IMG/VR virus record: IMGVR_UViG_3300027798_000043 | From: an uncultured virus (IMG/VR IMGVR_UViG_3300027798_000043) | Taxonomy: Duplodnaviria > Heunggongvirae > Uroviricota > Caudoviricetes > Crassvirales | Length of the DNA stretch: 64,000 nucleotides | Direction: 5' to 3' (one strand) | Program-made: the position numbers and the translations under genes | Shown: positions 1 to 9,946 of the stretch, piece after piece | How positions within the stretch are numbered: position 1 is the stretch's first letter | Layout: every line of letters starts with the position of its first letter | The notes under the pieces: model-generated | The model's database searches: none | What the model was told of the DNA's origin: nothing | The model's input: the letters and a program-made list of their open reading frames with translations, nothing else

Positions 1-1073
1 TTATTGGGGACGCTTTTAGAGCGGTTAAGGAAACGGGGATTGTTATGATGGAGACATCGGCATTAGCGGAAACTGAAATTGAAATATTAGACGGCGTACA
101 ATATGATAAAGGATTAGTTAATTCGCACTTTATTACAAATCATACAAAAAAAACAGCTGAACTAGATAACCCGCAAGTATTAATTATAGAATCGCCTGTT
201 GAAAATATTAGACAAATACAATCAGTATTAGAATATATTATAAAAGCAAATAAGTCCTTACTTATTATTGCGGACATCGAACCAACAGTCATAGCTGCAT
301 TAGCGATGAATAAGGTTAAAGGGAATATTAAGGTCAATGTTATTAATGCCCCCACGTACGGAATAAGCAAAAAAGATATGTTATCGGATTTAGCCCTGCT
401 GACAGGAGCAACTGTTATTAATGAGGATCTTGGTGATGATATGGATTTAATCCAACCGGAATATCTTGGGACTTGTTTAAAAAGTATAACTAGTAATGGA
501 GACACTATATTACAAGTAGGTGAGCCTAATGAGGAAGTTACTGCCCTAATAAATGAAATAAAAGCAAAACTATTAGATAACAATCCACCTGGTGAAGTTA
601 TTAGATTAGAAATAAGATTAGCTAGATTGTGCGCTAAAGTAGCTATCGTAAAGGTTGGAGCTAATTCCGATATTGAGTTAAAAGAAAAAGCGGATAGAGT
701 TGAGGATGCAATTTGCGCGACTAAAGCAGCAATCAAAGAGGGTATCATTCCCGGAGGTGGTATTGCATTGTTGGATGCTTCGGAAATTATTACTTCAGAA
801 TCAGCTGGTGAAACAGCTTTACTAAACGCAATTACCGCTCCATTTTATACTATTTTAAAAAATGCTGGAATTGATGCAATACCAACAAATAGAGGCGTAG
901 GATTTGGATTAAATGTCATAACCAATAAAACGGTTAATATGATTGAGGCGGGAATTATTGATCCATTATTAGTTACCAAGTCAGCATTGAGAAACGCAGC
1001 GTCAGTTGCCGTTACAATATTATCAACCGATTGTATAATCAATAACTTAAGAGTAAATGAGGGCAATAGGTAA
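1..1073 (+). CDS. groL: Chaperonin GroEL (5'-truncated by window edge)
   Basis: Frame open from nt 3 (IGDAFRAVKETGIVMME); GroEL motifs G.QYDKG, KVAIVKVGA.S.IELKEK.DRVEDAI.ATKAA, EGIIPGGG, GIIDP..V..SAL.NAASVA. Confidence 0.95.
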   Translation, partial: IGDAFRAVKETGIVMMETSALAETEIEILDGVQYDKGLVNSHFITNHTKKTAELDNPQVLIIESPVENIRQIQSVLEYIIKANKSLLIIADIEPTVIAALAMNKVKGNIKVNVINAPTYGISKKDMLSDLALLTGATVINEDLGDDMDLIQPEYLGTCLKSITSNGDTILQVGEPNEEVTALINEIKAKLLDNNPPGEVIRLEIRLARLCAKVAIVKVGANSDIELKEKADRVEDAICATKAAIKEGIIPGGGIALLDASEIITSESAGETALLNAITAPFYTILKNAGIDAIPTNRGVGFGLNVITNKTVNMIEAGIIDPLLVTKSALRNAASVAVTILSTDCIINNLRVNEGNR

Positions 1074-1317
1074 CAATATAATCATACTGCCAAAAAAAGT
1101 AGTTACAGATAAAACAAAGGGAGGTCTTATTTTGATTGAGAAAGACAAAGAAGACATTAGATATAAAGAAGCTGTTGTAGTATCAGTTAGTGATGATATA
1201 AAAGTAGTTGTTGAAGGAGATGAGATCTATTATGATAAGCACTCAGGCCATGGGATAGAATTTGAAGGCGATAAATATACTATTATAAAATTACAGGATA
1301 TAGTTGTTGTATTATGA
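1057..1317 (+). CDS. groS: Co-chaperonin GroES
   Basis: 86 aa, MRAIGNNIII, mobile-loop KTKGGLIL, VVSV...VVEGDEI, IIKLQDIVVV; adjacent to groL. Confidence 0.88.
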   Translation: MRAIGNNIIILPKKVVTDKTKGGLILIEKDKEDIRYKEAVVVSVSDDIKVVVEGDEIYYDKHSGHGIEFEGDKYTIIKLQDIVVVL

Positions 1318-1754
1318 AACGGTTTGAGGCTAAGGACATAAAAGAACTTAACTTATTAAAAAATTATAGAATAATACGTAAATGGGCATGCAAAACAAAC
1401 GGGTTGTCTGATGCTGATTTAGAATTGCTTGTGCATTTTGATTGTATGGACTTCTTCACAAAACAAGATTTTAAGATAGGCACATACTCATATAGCTGGG
1501 ACAACAGACGATGGAATTCTTTATTAAAAGAAGGCTGGATAGTTGTTTGGAGACCTAGGAATCACACAACACAGAAATATCATATATATAAAGTTTCTTT
1601 TAAGTGCAAACAATTAATAAGTAGAATGTACCGTATAATGCTCGGTATCGAAGAAATACCTACTAGCACACAAAGAAACCCTATAATGAAAGGTAAAACG
1701 TATAGTGATATAGTGTTGAAAAAAGCAATAGAAAACGTTAATAAAAATAATTAA
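1314..1754 (+). CDS. Hypothetical protein, possible winged-helix DNA-binding protein
   Basis: GLSDADLELLVHF ... LLKEGWIVVW ... YKVSFKCKQL resembles a MarR-like wHTH pattern; coupled to groS. Confidence 0.5.
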   Translation: MKRFEAKDIKELNLLKNYRIIRKWACKTNGLSDADLELLVHFDCMDFFTKQDFKIGTYSYSWDNRRWNSLLKEGWIVVWRPRNHTTQKYHIYKVSFKCKQLISRMYRIMLGIEEIPTSTQRNPIMKGKTYSDIVLKKAIENVNKNN

Positions 1755-1755
1755 T

Positions 1756-1980
1756 ATGATAGACAATTATAACCAAAACCCAAATCAATTGCAGTCAAAT
1801 GTAATTAATCCGAATGCAATGGGTAATATGCAAACCCTGCAAGGGGTAAACGGCACACAAATGCCAAATACATTTAACAGAACGGTTGGTACACCTATTA
1901 TGGCCCCCACTGCACCTGTAGTAGTTCCTCAAAATGTACAAACACAAATTATGCCTGATAATAACCTACAAACTTATTAA
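1756..1980 (+). CDS. Hypothetical N/Q/P-rich small protein
   Basis: 74-aa ORF tightly packed in the operon. Confidence 0.6.
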   Translation: MIDNYNQNPNQLQSNVINPNAMGNMQTLQGVNGTQMPNTFNRTVGTPIMAPTAPVVVPQNVQTQIMPDNNLQTY

Positions 1981-1982
1981 TT

Positions 1983-2213
1983 ATGATTTTAAATATTAAA
2001 AAACATCCAATGGACTCTCATGACAAGCTTGCCTCTACTTCAGGGGTTGGAGCGAATGCTTTATGGAACGGTCCTTTTAATACTGATTCTTTGCCGAAAG
2101 GTAAAGGTTCTAGTTCTGGGATAAATGGCACTATTTTTAACAACGATAAACCAACAGCGTGCGGTTGCGCTATTACTCAAAGAGCAAAAGGTCGTTCTGA
2201 TGGGGCATACTGA
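1983..2213 (+). CDS. Hypothetical protein
   Basis: 76-aa ORF tightly packed in the operon. Confidence 0.6.
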   Translation: MILNIKKHPMDSHDKLASTSGVGANALWNGPFNTDSLPKGKGSSSGINGTIFNNDKPTACGCAITQRAKGRSDGAY

Positions 2214-2318
2214 TTTAAAAATATATTTAGTTAACGGAGCAACTATGTCTAAGCGCGAAAAAAGCGAAGGCAAAAAAACAAATGAAAGAAAAAACAAAAG
2301 CTAAAAAGAAAAAATAAC

Positions 2319-2672
2319 ATGGCATATACTCAAAACGCAGGAAGAGGTAACAGTCCTAAAACAGGAGGTGGATTACCATCAAGTTTAAATAGTGGTGCTG
2401 TAGGCAATAAAGACGGCTATAATCCAGCTACATCACCATTAGCAAATACAGTATCCAAAGGAGGCTACGAAAAAACTTTAGACAAAGTTGGCAATACTCT
2501 AATACTAAGAGGCAGTGATAAGAAAGAAATTTCTAGAGCTCAAATTGGCACTAAGCAAGAGGAAGCAATGCGCAAAGAATACGAAGCTAAAAAATCATAT
2601 ACTGAAGGCGCTAGAGCAAGAAATTTTGAATTCTTAGATTCTAAAGAAAAAACAGGTAAAGCAGTTAAATAA
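2319..2672 (+). CDS. Hypothetical protein
   Basis: 117-aa ORF with A-rich start context. Confidence 0.7.
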   Translation: MAYTQNAGRGNSPKTGGGLPSSLNSGAVGNKDGYNPATSPLANTVSKGGYEKTLDKVGNTLILRGSDKKEISRAQIGTKQEEAMRKEYEAKKSYTEGARARNFEFLDSKEKTGKAVK

Positions 2673-2705
2673 ATATAACAACAATAAACAATTAAATTAA
2701 ATCAA

Positions 2706-2987
2706 ATGAGTACAGAAATTAAAAAGATTACAGAGGAGCAATTAGAAAAAATTGTAAAAGGTCAAAAAGATTTGCAAGCGCTATTGACAAATATAGGTGT
2801 AGCTGAATCGCAGAAACATAGTTATCTTCACCAATTAGCAGACGTAAACAAATCTGTTGAGGAATTCAAATCAGAAATTGAATTGCAGTATGGTGCAATA
2901 AACATTAACTTGCAAGATGGTTCTTATGCCGAAATTGTAAAAGAATATGAGCCAAGTCTAAGCATTGCTAAAGATACTGAAGAATAA
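2706..2987 (+). CDS. Hypothetical coiled-coil protein
   Basis: 93 aa with heptad-like helix; A-rich start context. Confidence 0.75.
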   Translation: MSTEIKKITEEQLEKIVKGQKDLQALLTNIGVAESQKHSYLHQLADVNKSVEEFKSEIELQYGAININLQDGSYAEIVKEYEPSLSIAKDTEE

Positions 2988-2990
2988 ATA

Positions 2991-3218
2991 ATGAGTTCTG
3001 TTATAAGAAAAATAAGTATAGGTTCAGATTATAAGAATGATGCAATGCACTATTCTATAGGGCAAACGGTATATGGGGGTCATGAGATTTCCCATATATT
3101 GCTTAATGAGTCTGAGAATTCTTATAATATTCACATAAAAAAAGGAGATGAGATAATGCCGTGGAAGAAGTTCAATTCTAACATGGCAATTTCCGTCGAA
3201 TATGATTTAGAGTATTGA
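2991..3218 (+). CDS. Hypothetical protein
   Basis: 75-aa ORF coupled to its neighbours. Confidence 0.75.
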   Translation: MSSVIRKISIGSDYKNDAMHYSIGQTVYGGHEISHILLNESENSYNIHIKKGDEIMPWKKFNSNMAISVEYDLEY

Positions 3219-3835
3219 TGAGAAGCGTATTTAACTTTATAGTTAAGCCTTTAGGCGAAAGATATGAAAATAGCATTACGGTAGATAATAAAGAATTATT
3301 ACTAAATACGAGAATAGAAAGTTTTAAATCTGTTAATAATGTAGCGGTTGTGGTTTCAACTCCTTTAGCATTCAAAACAGAAATTAAAGAAGGAGATTTA
3401 GTAGTAATTCACCATAATGTATTTAGGAGGTTTTATGACATGAAAGGTAAAAGCAAAAATAGTTCATCATATTTTAGAGATGATCAATACTTTTGCAGTG
3501 TAGATCAAATTTACTTGTACAAGAATGATAAAAAATGGATTGCATTTAATGATAGATGTTTTGTAAAACCCATAAAGAATAATAATCATTTTAAGGTAGA
3601 TAAAGAGAGAGAGTTTATTGGTATATTAAAATACGGAAATGATTCCTTAAACAAGCTTAAAATCAATCCTGGAGATCTAGTAGGCTATACCCCTAATGGT
3701 GAGTATGAGTTTATTGTAGAAGGCCAGCGATTATATTGTATGAAATCTAATGATATTGTAATTAAATATGGATACAAAGGAAACGAAGTTGAATATAATC
3801 CAAGCTGGGCACAAAGCGGTATTGGAGCTAATTAA
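3215..3835 (+). CDS. Tandem GroES-like two-domain protein
   Basis: Two GroES-like repeats: FIVKP...AVVVSTP...IKEGDLVVI and DRCFVKP...GILKYG...INPGDLVGY...EFIVEGQRLYCMKSNDIV. Confidence 0.65.
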   Translation: MMRSVFNFIVKPLGERYENSITVDNKELLLNTRIESFKSVNNVAVVVSTPLAFKTEIKEGDLVVIHHNVFRRFYDMKGKSKNSSSYFRDDQYFCSVDQIYLYKNDKKWIAFNDRCFVKPIKNNNHFKVDKEREFIGILKYGNDSLNKLKINPGDLVGYTPNGEYEFIVEGQRLYCMKSNDIVIKYGYKGNEVEYNPSWAQSGIGAN

Positions 3836-4043
3836 AGTTGCGGAAGAAGCTATATTAAATAATGGGGACGATGATTTATCAGCAGACAAATTAAAGAATG
3901 CGGCAGCTACAAAAAAATTAGCAATATTCGATGCGTTTGAAATTCTTGCCAGAATAGAAGACGAAACAAAGATGATTGAGGATGCTTCTAAAGAAACTAC
4001 AGCAAAACCATTTAAAGGATTTGCAGAAGGGAGGTCTAGATAA
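3768..4043 (+). CDS. Putative terminase small subunit
   Basis: 91-aa helical protein directly upstream of and coupled to terL; positional inference. Confidence 0.45.
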   Translation: MDTKETKLNIIQAGHKAVLELIKVAEEAILNNGDDDLSADKLKNAAATKKLAIFDAFEILARIEDETKMIEDASKETTAKPFKGFAEGRSR

Positions 4044-6262
4044 TGTACGAACAAAGTTTATATAAAGTATTAACAGACTATATAAAACCTACAGTTATTA
4101 AAAAAAACAATAGGTTTAATAAATGGAAATACGGATATGATAAAGACTATGATGTAGTTGTTATCAGCAAGACAGGTAAGATTGGTGAGATATATGAGAT
4201 ACAAAATCTTAGAATTGCATTGCCATTAGACGAGGATCCTTATAAAAGATCTAATGTAAAAGAAGAGCAGTATTGGGAACAATCACAATATCCTAAAGAA
4301 TTAGATAAGATTAAGAATGTTACCGATTGGAATAAGCATCCTGATAACTTTAAAGAGTATTGGTATGATTATATAGATCAAGAATTTAAAAGAAGAGACG
4401 AAGGTTTTACATACTATAGTAATGGTAGGCCCACATATATAACCGGTACGCACTATATGTACTTGCAATGGAGCAAGATAGACGTAGGGGCTGCAGATTT
4501 TAGAGAGTCAAATAGATTATTCTTTATATTTTGGGAAGCTTGTAAAGCCGATCCAAGATGTTACGGAATGTGTTATTTAAAGAATAGACGTTCTGGATTT
4601 TCATTTATGTCCTCAGCTGAGCTTGTAAATCAAGCAACAATATCCAGCGATTCACGATTTGGTATATTGTCAAAATCAGGAGCGGATGCAAAGAAAATGT
4701 TTACGGATAAGGTGGTGCCTATCTCGGTTAATTACCCATTCTTTTTTAAACCTATCCAAGATGGTATGGATAGACCAAAAACAGAATTAGCATATAGAAT
4801 ACCAGCGTCTAAACTTACAAGAAGAAAATTAGACTCTAATGAGAAGCTAGAAGATCTTGAAGGATTAGACACTACGATTGACTGGAAGAATACAGGTGAC
4901 AATAGTTATGATGGTGAAAAATTAAAACTATTAGTACACGATGAAAGTGGTAAATGGGAAAGACCCGATAACATATTAAATAACTGGCGTGTAACTAAAA
5001 CGACACTCAGATTAGGTAGTAGAGTTATTGGAAAATGTATGATGGGTTCAACATCAAATGCTTTAGACAAAGGGGGTGAAAACTTCAAAAGATTATATAA
5101 TGATTCAGATGTTACGAAAAGAAACCGCAATGGACAGACTAGTTCAGGACTATATAGTTTGTTCATACCTATGGAATGGTCGTACGAGGGATTCATTGAC
5201 GCTTATGGGATACCTGTATTCGATACTCCAGCAAAACCAATTAAAGGTATAGATGGGAATTATATAGAATATGGGGTTATTGAACATTGGCAAAATGAAG
5301 TTGATGGTTTAAAACAAGATCAAGATGGTTTAAACGAATACTACCGCCAGTTTCCGAGAACAGAACAACACGCATTTAGAGACGAGACAAAACAATCTTT
5401 GTTTAATCTTACAAAAATATATGAACAAATAGATTACAATGACGATCTACGAAACTCACAAGTTATAACACAAGGTAGTTTTCAATGGGAGAATGGAATA
5501 CAAGATTCAAAGGTTGTATTTTACCCAAGCAAGGAAGGCAGATTTTTAATATCATGGGTTCCACCGAAACATCTTCAAAACCGCGTGATGATAAAGGATG
5601 GGCTTAAATATCCAGGCAATGAACACTTAGGTGCATTCGGATGTGATAGTTATGATATATCTGGAACAGTTGATGTAAGAGGATCTAATGGTTCACTTCA
5701 CGGGTTAACTAAGTTTTCAATGGAAGACGTTCCACCAAATCATTTCTTTTTAGAATATATAGCTAGGCCGCAAACTTCTGAAATATTTTTTGAAGAGGTT
5801 TTAATGGCGCTAGTGTTTTATGGTATGCCAATATTAGCAGAGAATAACAAAGCTAGATTATTATACTATTTAAAGAGAAGAGGTTACAGACACTTCTCAA
5901 TGAATAGGCCTGACAAAGTTTGGAACAATTTATCCCCAACAGAAAAAGAGATTGGTGGTATACCTTCAGCTGGACAAGATATAATACAAGCTCACGCATC
6001 TGCTATTGAAACGTATATAGAAGATTATGTTGGTTACAAAGAAAACGGATATGGCGATATGTATTTTCAAAAAACATTGAATGATTGGTCTAGATTTAAT
6101 ATAAATAATAGAACAAAGCATGATGCAACCATAAGTTCTGGGTTTGCTATAATGGCATGTAACAGACATTTATATTCTCCGTCAACGCCGTATAAAAAAG
6201 AAAAAGTAGAATTAAATTTCAAAAAATATAATAACCGAGGTTATAGTTCACAAATAATATAA
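4043..6262 (+). CDS. terL: Terminase large subunit
   Basis: Walker A-like KNRRSGFS, Walker B LLVHDESGK, motif III GSTSN, RNase H-type nuclease GCDSYD ... HDA; precedes portal. Confidence 0.92.
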   Translation: MYEQSLYKVLTDYIKPTVIKKNNRFNKWKYGYDKDYDVVVISKTGKIGEIYEIQNLRIALPLDEDPYKRSNVKEEQYWEQSQYPKELDKIKNVTDWNKHPDNFKEYWYDYIDQEFKRRDEGFTYYSNGRPTYITGTHYMYLQWSKIDVGAADFRESNRLFFIFWEACKADPRCYGMCYLKNRRSGFSFMSSAELVNQATISSDSRFGILSKSGADAKKMFTDKVVPISVNYPFFFKPIQDGMDRPKTELAYRIPASKLTRRKLDSNEKLEDLEGLDTTIDWKNTGDNSYDGEKLKLLVHDESGKWERPDNILNNWRVTKTTLRLGSRVIGKCMMGSTSNALDKGGENFKRLYNDSDVTKRNRNGQTSSGLYSLFIPMEWSYEGFIDAYGIPVFDTPAKPIKGIDGNYIEYGVIEHWQNEVDGLKQDQDGLNEYYRQFPRTEQHAFRDETKQSLFNLTKIYEQIDYNDDLRNSQVITQGSFQWENGIQDSKVVFYPSKEGRFLISWVPPKHLQNRVMIKDGLKYPGNEHLGAFGCDSYDISGTVDVRGSNGSLHGLTKFSMEDVPPNHFFLEYIARPQTSEIFFEEVLMALVFYGMPILAENNKARLLYYLKRRGYRHFSMNRPDKVWNNLSPTEKEIGGIPSAGQDIIQAHASAIETYIEDYVGYKENGYGDMYFQKTLNDWSRFNINNRTKHDATISSGFAIMACNRHLYSPSTPYKKEKVELNFKKYNNRGYSSQII

Positions 6263-6265
6263 TAG

Positions 6266-8683
6266 ATGATTTATACTAACACGAATAGCTCTTTCCCAAG
6301 TCAGGTGGTACCGGACGAAGAAAAACAAACATTAGACTATGGCTATGCAGTAGGTATGGCGATAGAAGGTGAGTGGTTCAGAGGTAATAGAACTAGTCTT
6401 GGAAATGGCAGATGGAGTACCAACTGGCAAACATTCCATAACCTTAAATTATACGCTAGAGGTGAACAAAGCATACAAAAATATAAAGATGAATTATCTA
6501 TTAATGGCGACTTATCTTATTTGAATTTAGACTGGAAACCAATACCAATTATACCAAAGTTTGTTGATATAGTTGTTAACGGTATGTCTAATAAATTATT
6601 TAAAATAAAAACATTTGCACAAGATCCACAATCAGTGGCACAGAAGACTAACTACACTGCTGCATTATTAAGGGATATGAATGCAAAAGATTTGTTGAAT
6701 GATATTCAAGAAAAGTTAGGAGCAAACTTATATAGTACGCCAAACCCAGATTCATTACCAGAAGATAATGAAGAATTAGAAATACATTTACAATTAAATT
6801 ACAAACAAGCTGTTGAAATTGCAGAAGAAGAAGTCATTAATTATGTTTTGAATAAAAACAAATATGACAACATTGCAAAGAGGCTTAATTATGATTTAAC
6901 AGTATTAGGTATTGCGTGCGCAAAAACAAACTGGAATGGTTCAAATGGTATCGTTATAGATTATGTAGATCCGGCTAATTTAGTTTATTCATACACTGAA
7001 GACCCTAACTTTGATGACGTGTACTACGTCGGCGAGGTTAAGTCTATTAGTTTAGAAGAATTAAAGAAAGAGTTCCCTAATTTAACTGATGAAGAATTAA
7101 AGGAAATAGAAAAGTTTCCCGGGACAAATGATTATAGTCGTACATATACAAATCAAAATTACGACACAACTACAATACAAGTTTTATACTTTGAATACAA
7201 AACATATTCAAATCAAGTGTTTAAAATAAAACAAACAGAACAGGGATTAGAAAAAGCGTTGGTTAAGTCAGATGCATTTAATCCGCCAGCTAATGATAAC
7301 TTTAATGTAGTATCAAGAAGTATTGAAGTTCTTTATTCGGGGGCAAAAATACTTGGACATAAAAGAATGCTTAGCTGGGAATTGTCTCAGAATATGACAA
7401 GGCCATTAGCGGATACTACTAAAGTAGACATGAACTACGCTATTTGTGCACCGCGTCTTTATAAAGGAAGAATTGAGTCTATAGTAAGTAGAATTACTTC
7501 TTTTGCTGATATGATCCAAATAACACATCTAAAATTGCAACAGGTGCTTGCTAGAATGGTCCCCGATGGAGTATTCGTTGATGTTGATGGTTTAGCAGAA
7601 GTTGATTTAGGTAATGGTACAAATTACAATCCAGCAGAAGCATTAAATATGTATTTTCAAACTGGTAGTATTGTTGGTAGATCTATGACGCAAGATGGGT
7701 CTGGCAATCCTGGCAAAGTGCCAATTCAGGAGTTACAAACATCGTCAGGTAATGCTAAGATTTCATCGTTAATAAATACATATCAGTATTACTTACAAAT
7801 GATTCGTGATGTAACCGGACTTAATGAAGCAAGAGATGGTTCTATGCCGGATTCCAATTCATTAGTGGGCTTACAAAAAATGGCCGCAGCGAATTCTAAT
7901 GTAGCGACCAGACACGTATTAGACGCAAGTTTATATATAACATTAAGAATATGTGAAAATATATCTAAAAGGGTTGGTGATTCATTAAAATTCCCATTAA
8001 CTGCAAATGCTTTGGTGCAAAGTATATCAATATCAAATGTTAAAACGCTAGAAGAATTACAGAACTTAGATATTCACGACTTTGGCATATTCTTAGAATT
8101 AGAGCCAGATGAAGAGGAGAAAGCGCAATTAGAACAAAACATACAAGTTGCTTTGCAATCAGGCGGAATTGACCTTGAAGATGCCATTGATCTAAGAGAA
8201 ATTAATAATCTTAAACTTGCTAACCAATCTTTGAAATATAAGAGAAGAAAAAAACAAGAAAGAGACCAAGCAAACCAGCAAGCAAATATACAAGCACAGG
8301 CCCAGGCAAATTCTCAGACAACAGAAGCAGCCGCATTAGCTGAAGTGCAAAAACAACAGGCTTTAGCTCAGACTGAAATTCAAAAGATGCAAGCAAAGAA
8401 TCAATTTGAAATTCAAAGAATGGAGCATGAAGCGCAACTTAAAAAGTTGTTAATGGCGGAAGAGTTTAAATATCAAATGCAATTAGCTCAGGTTAATGCT
8501 CAAGTGCAACAATCAAAACTTAATACTATTGAGGATCGTAAAGACAATAGATTAAAAACAACAGCAACACAACAATCAGAGCTAATAGACCAAAGACAAA
8601 ATAAAACAATGCCTAAAGACTTTGAGTCTGCTGGTTTCGACAATATGGGTGGATTTGATTTAGCTCAGTTTGAACCAAAATAA
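6266..8683 (+). CDS. Portal protein
   Basis: 805 aa after terL; P.PIIPKFVDIVVNGM, IRDVTGLNEARDG and Q-rich coiled-coil C-terminus typical of podovirus portals. Confidence 0.85.
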   Translation: MIYTNTNSSFPSQVVPDEEKQTLDYGYAVGMAIEGEWFRGNRTSLGNGRWSTNWQTFHNLKLYARGEQSIQKYKDELSINGDLSYLNLDWKPIPIIPKFVDIVVNGMSNKLFKIKTFAQDPQSVAQKTNYTAALLRDMNAKDLLNDIQEKLGANLYSTPNPDSLPEDNEELEIHLQLNYKQAVEIAEEEVINYVLNKNKYDNIAKRLNYDLTVLGIACAKTNWNGSNGIVIDYVDPANLVYSYTEDPNFDDVYYVGEVKSISLEELKKEFPNLTDEELKEIEKFPGTNDYSRTYTNQNYDTTTIQVLYFEYKTYSNQVFKIKQTEQGLEKALVKSDAFNPPANDNFNVVSRSIEVLYSGAKILGHKRMLSWELSQNMTRPLADTTKVDMNYAICAPRLYKGRIESIVSRITSFADMIQITHLKLQQVLARMVPDGVFVDVDGLAEVDLGNGTNYNPAEALNMYFQTGSIVGRSMTQDGSGNPGKVPIQELQTSSGNAKISSLINTYQYYLQMIRDVTGLNEARDGSMPDSNSLVGLQKMAAANSNVATRHVLDASLYITLRICENISKRVGDSLKFPLTANALVQSISISNVKTLEELQNLDIHDFGIFLELEPDEEEKAQLEQNIQVALQSGGIDLEDAIDLREINNLKLANQSLKYKRRKKQERDQANQQANIQAQAQANSQTTEAAALAEVQKQQALAQTEIQKMQAKNQFEIQRMEHEAQLKKLLMAEEFKYQMQLAQVNAQVQQSKLNTIEDRKDNRLKTTATQQSELIDQRQNKTMPKDFESAGFDNMGGFDLAQFEPK

Positions 8684-8714
8684 ATTTTATCAATCAATCT
8701 TATAATATTATATC

Positions 8715-9929
8715 ATGTCAGAACAAATTAAAACAGAAGGCGAATTCAAAGTAAAAAAACAAACGCCAAGGAAATTAAATAAAGTGGATCAGATTACGAA
8801 GGTTATAATCAAAGAAGATGAACCTATCGTAGCGAAAGAACCTGAAGTAACAAAAGTATTTATTCCTAGCGGAACAGAAACAACAGATACCATTCAAGAG
8901 CAAAACGCAAACGGAAGCCTGTTAGGTAGCGAAGGATCCAAAGCGGGACCGCGAGAAGTAGCCCAAGGAAACGAAGAATCTAAAATCGTTACCAGTCAAG
9001 AAGAAGTAACTGTAATAAACGAAATTACAGAAGAAGAAATTCAGCAAGAGACCACGAGTTTAGCGCAGGAAGTAAAGGATGCAATAAGAGCGTCTGAATA
9101 TTCTGGCAAACCGCTACCTGAGAACATAGAGAAACTTATTTCTTTTATGGAAGAAACCGGGGGTGATATTAACGACTATGTTAGGCTAAATGCCGACTAC
9201 TCAAATGTAAATAACGAAACCTTATTAAAGGAATATTATAAAAAAACACGTCCACATTTAGACAATGAAGAGATTGAATTCCTTATGGAAGACAACTTTG
9301 AATATGACGAAGAGTTGGATGAAGAGCGAGATATTCGTAAAAAGAAACTCGCTTTCAAAGAAGAGGTTGCAAAAGCAAGAATCTTTTTAGACGGGCTTAA
9401 AAGTAAATATTACGAGGAAATCAAGTTGAGACCTGGTATTACACAAGACCAACAAAAAGCAAACGACTTTTTTAACCGCTATAATGAAGAGCAACAAATA
9501 GTGGAGTTGCAGCATTCAAAATTTAAAGACGACACTAAAAACTTATTCAACCAAGATTTCAAAGGTTTTGATTTTAATTTGGGAGATAAAAATTTTAGAT
9601 ATGGCGTTGCTAATAAAGATGTTGTAGCAGACAAACAATCAAACATAACTAATCTAGTTAAGAAGTTCTTAAATGATAAAGGAGATGTTGTAGATTTGAA
9701 AGGGTATCATAAAGCCATGTATGCCGCTGATAATGTGGACACGATTGCAAAACACTTTTACGAGCAGGGTAAAGCCGACGCAATAAAAGAAGTTGTTGCA
9801 AAATCCAATAATATATCAACTGAGCCTAGGCAAACTAGTTCAGGGGAAATATTTGTTGGAGGAATACGTGTTAAAGCAATTAACGGTGTTGATTCTTCAA
9901 AATTGAAAATACAAACAAGAAAATTTTAA
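8715..9929 (+). CDS. Putative capsid scaffolding protein
   Basis: Acidic low-complexity N-terminus, helical C-terminus, located between portal and capsid genes. Confidence 0.65.
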   Translation: MSEQIKTEGEFKVKKQTPRKLNKVDQITKVIIKEDEPIVAKEPEVTKVFIPSGTETTDTIQEQNANGSLLGSEGSKAGPREVAQGNEESKIVTSQEEVTVINEITEEEIQQETTSLAQEVKDAIRASEYSGKPLPENIEKLISFMEETGGDINDYVRLNADYSNVNNETLLKEYYKKTRPHLDNEEIEFLMEDNFEYDEELDEERDIRKKKLAFKEEVAKARIFLDGLKSKYYEEIKLRPGITQDQQKANDFFNRYNEEQQIVELQHSKFKDDTKNLFNQDFKGFDFNLGDKNFRYGVANKDVVADKQSNITNLVKKFLNDKGDVVDLKGYHKAMYAADNVDTIAKHFYEQGKADAIKEVVAKSNNISTEPRQTSSGEIFVGGIRVKAINGVDSSKLKIQTRKF

Positions 9930-9946
9930 CATTAAATTAAAAAATT

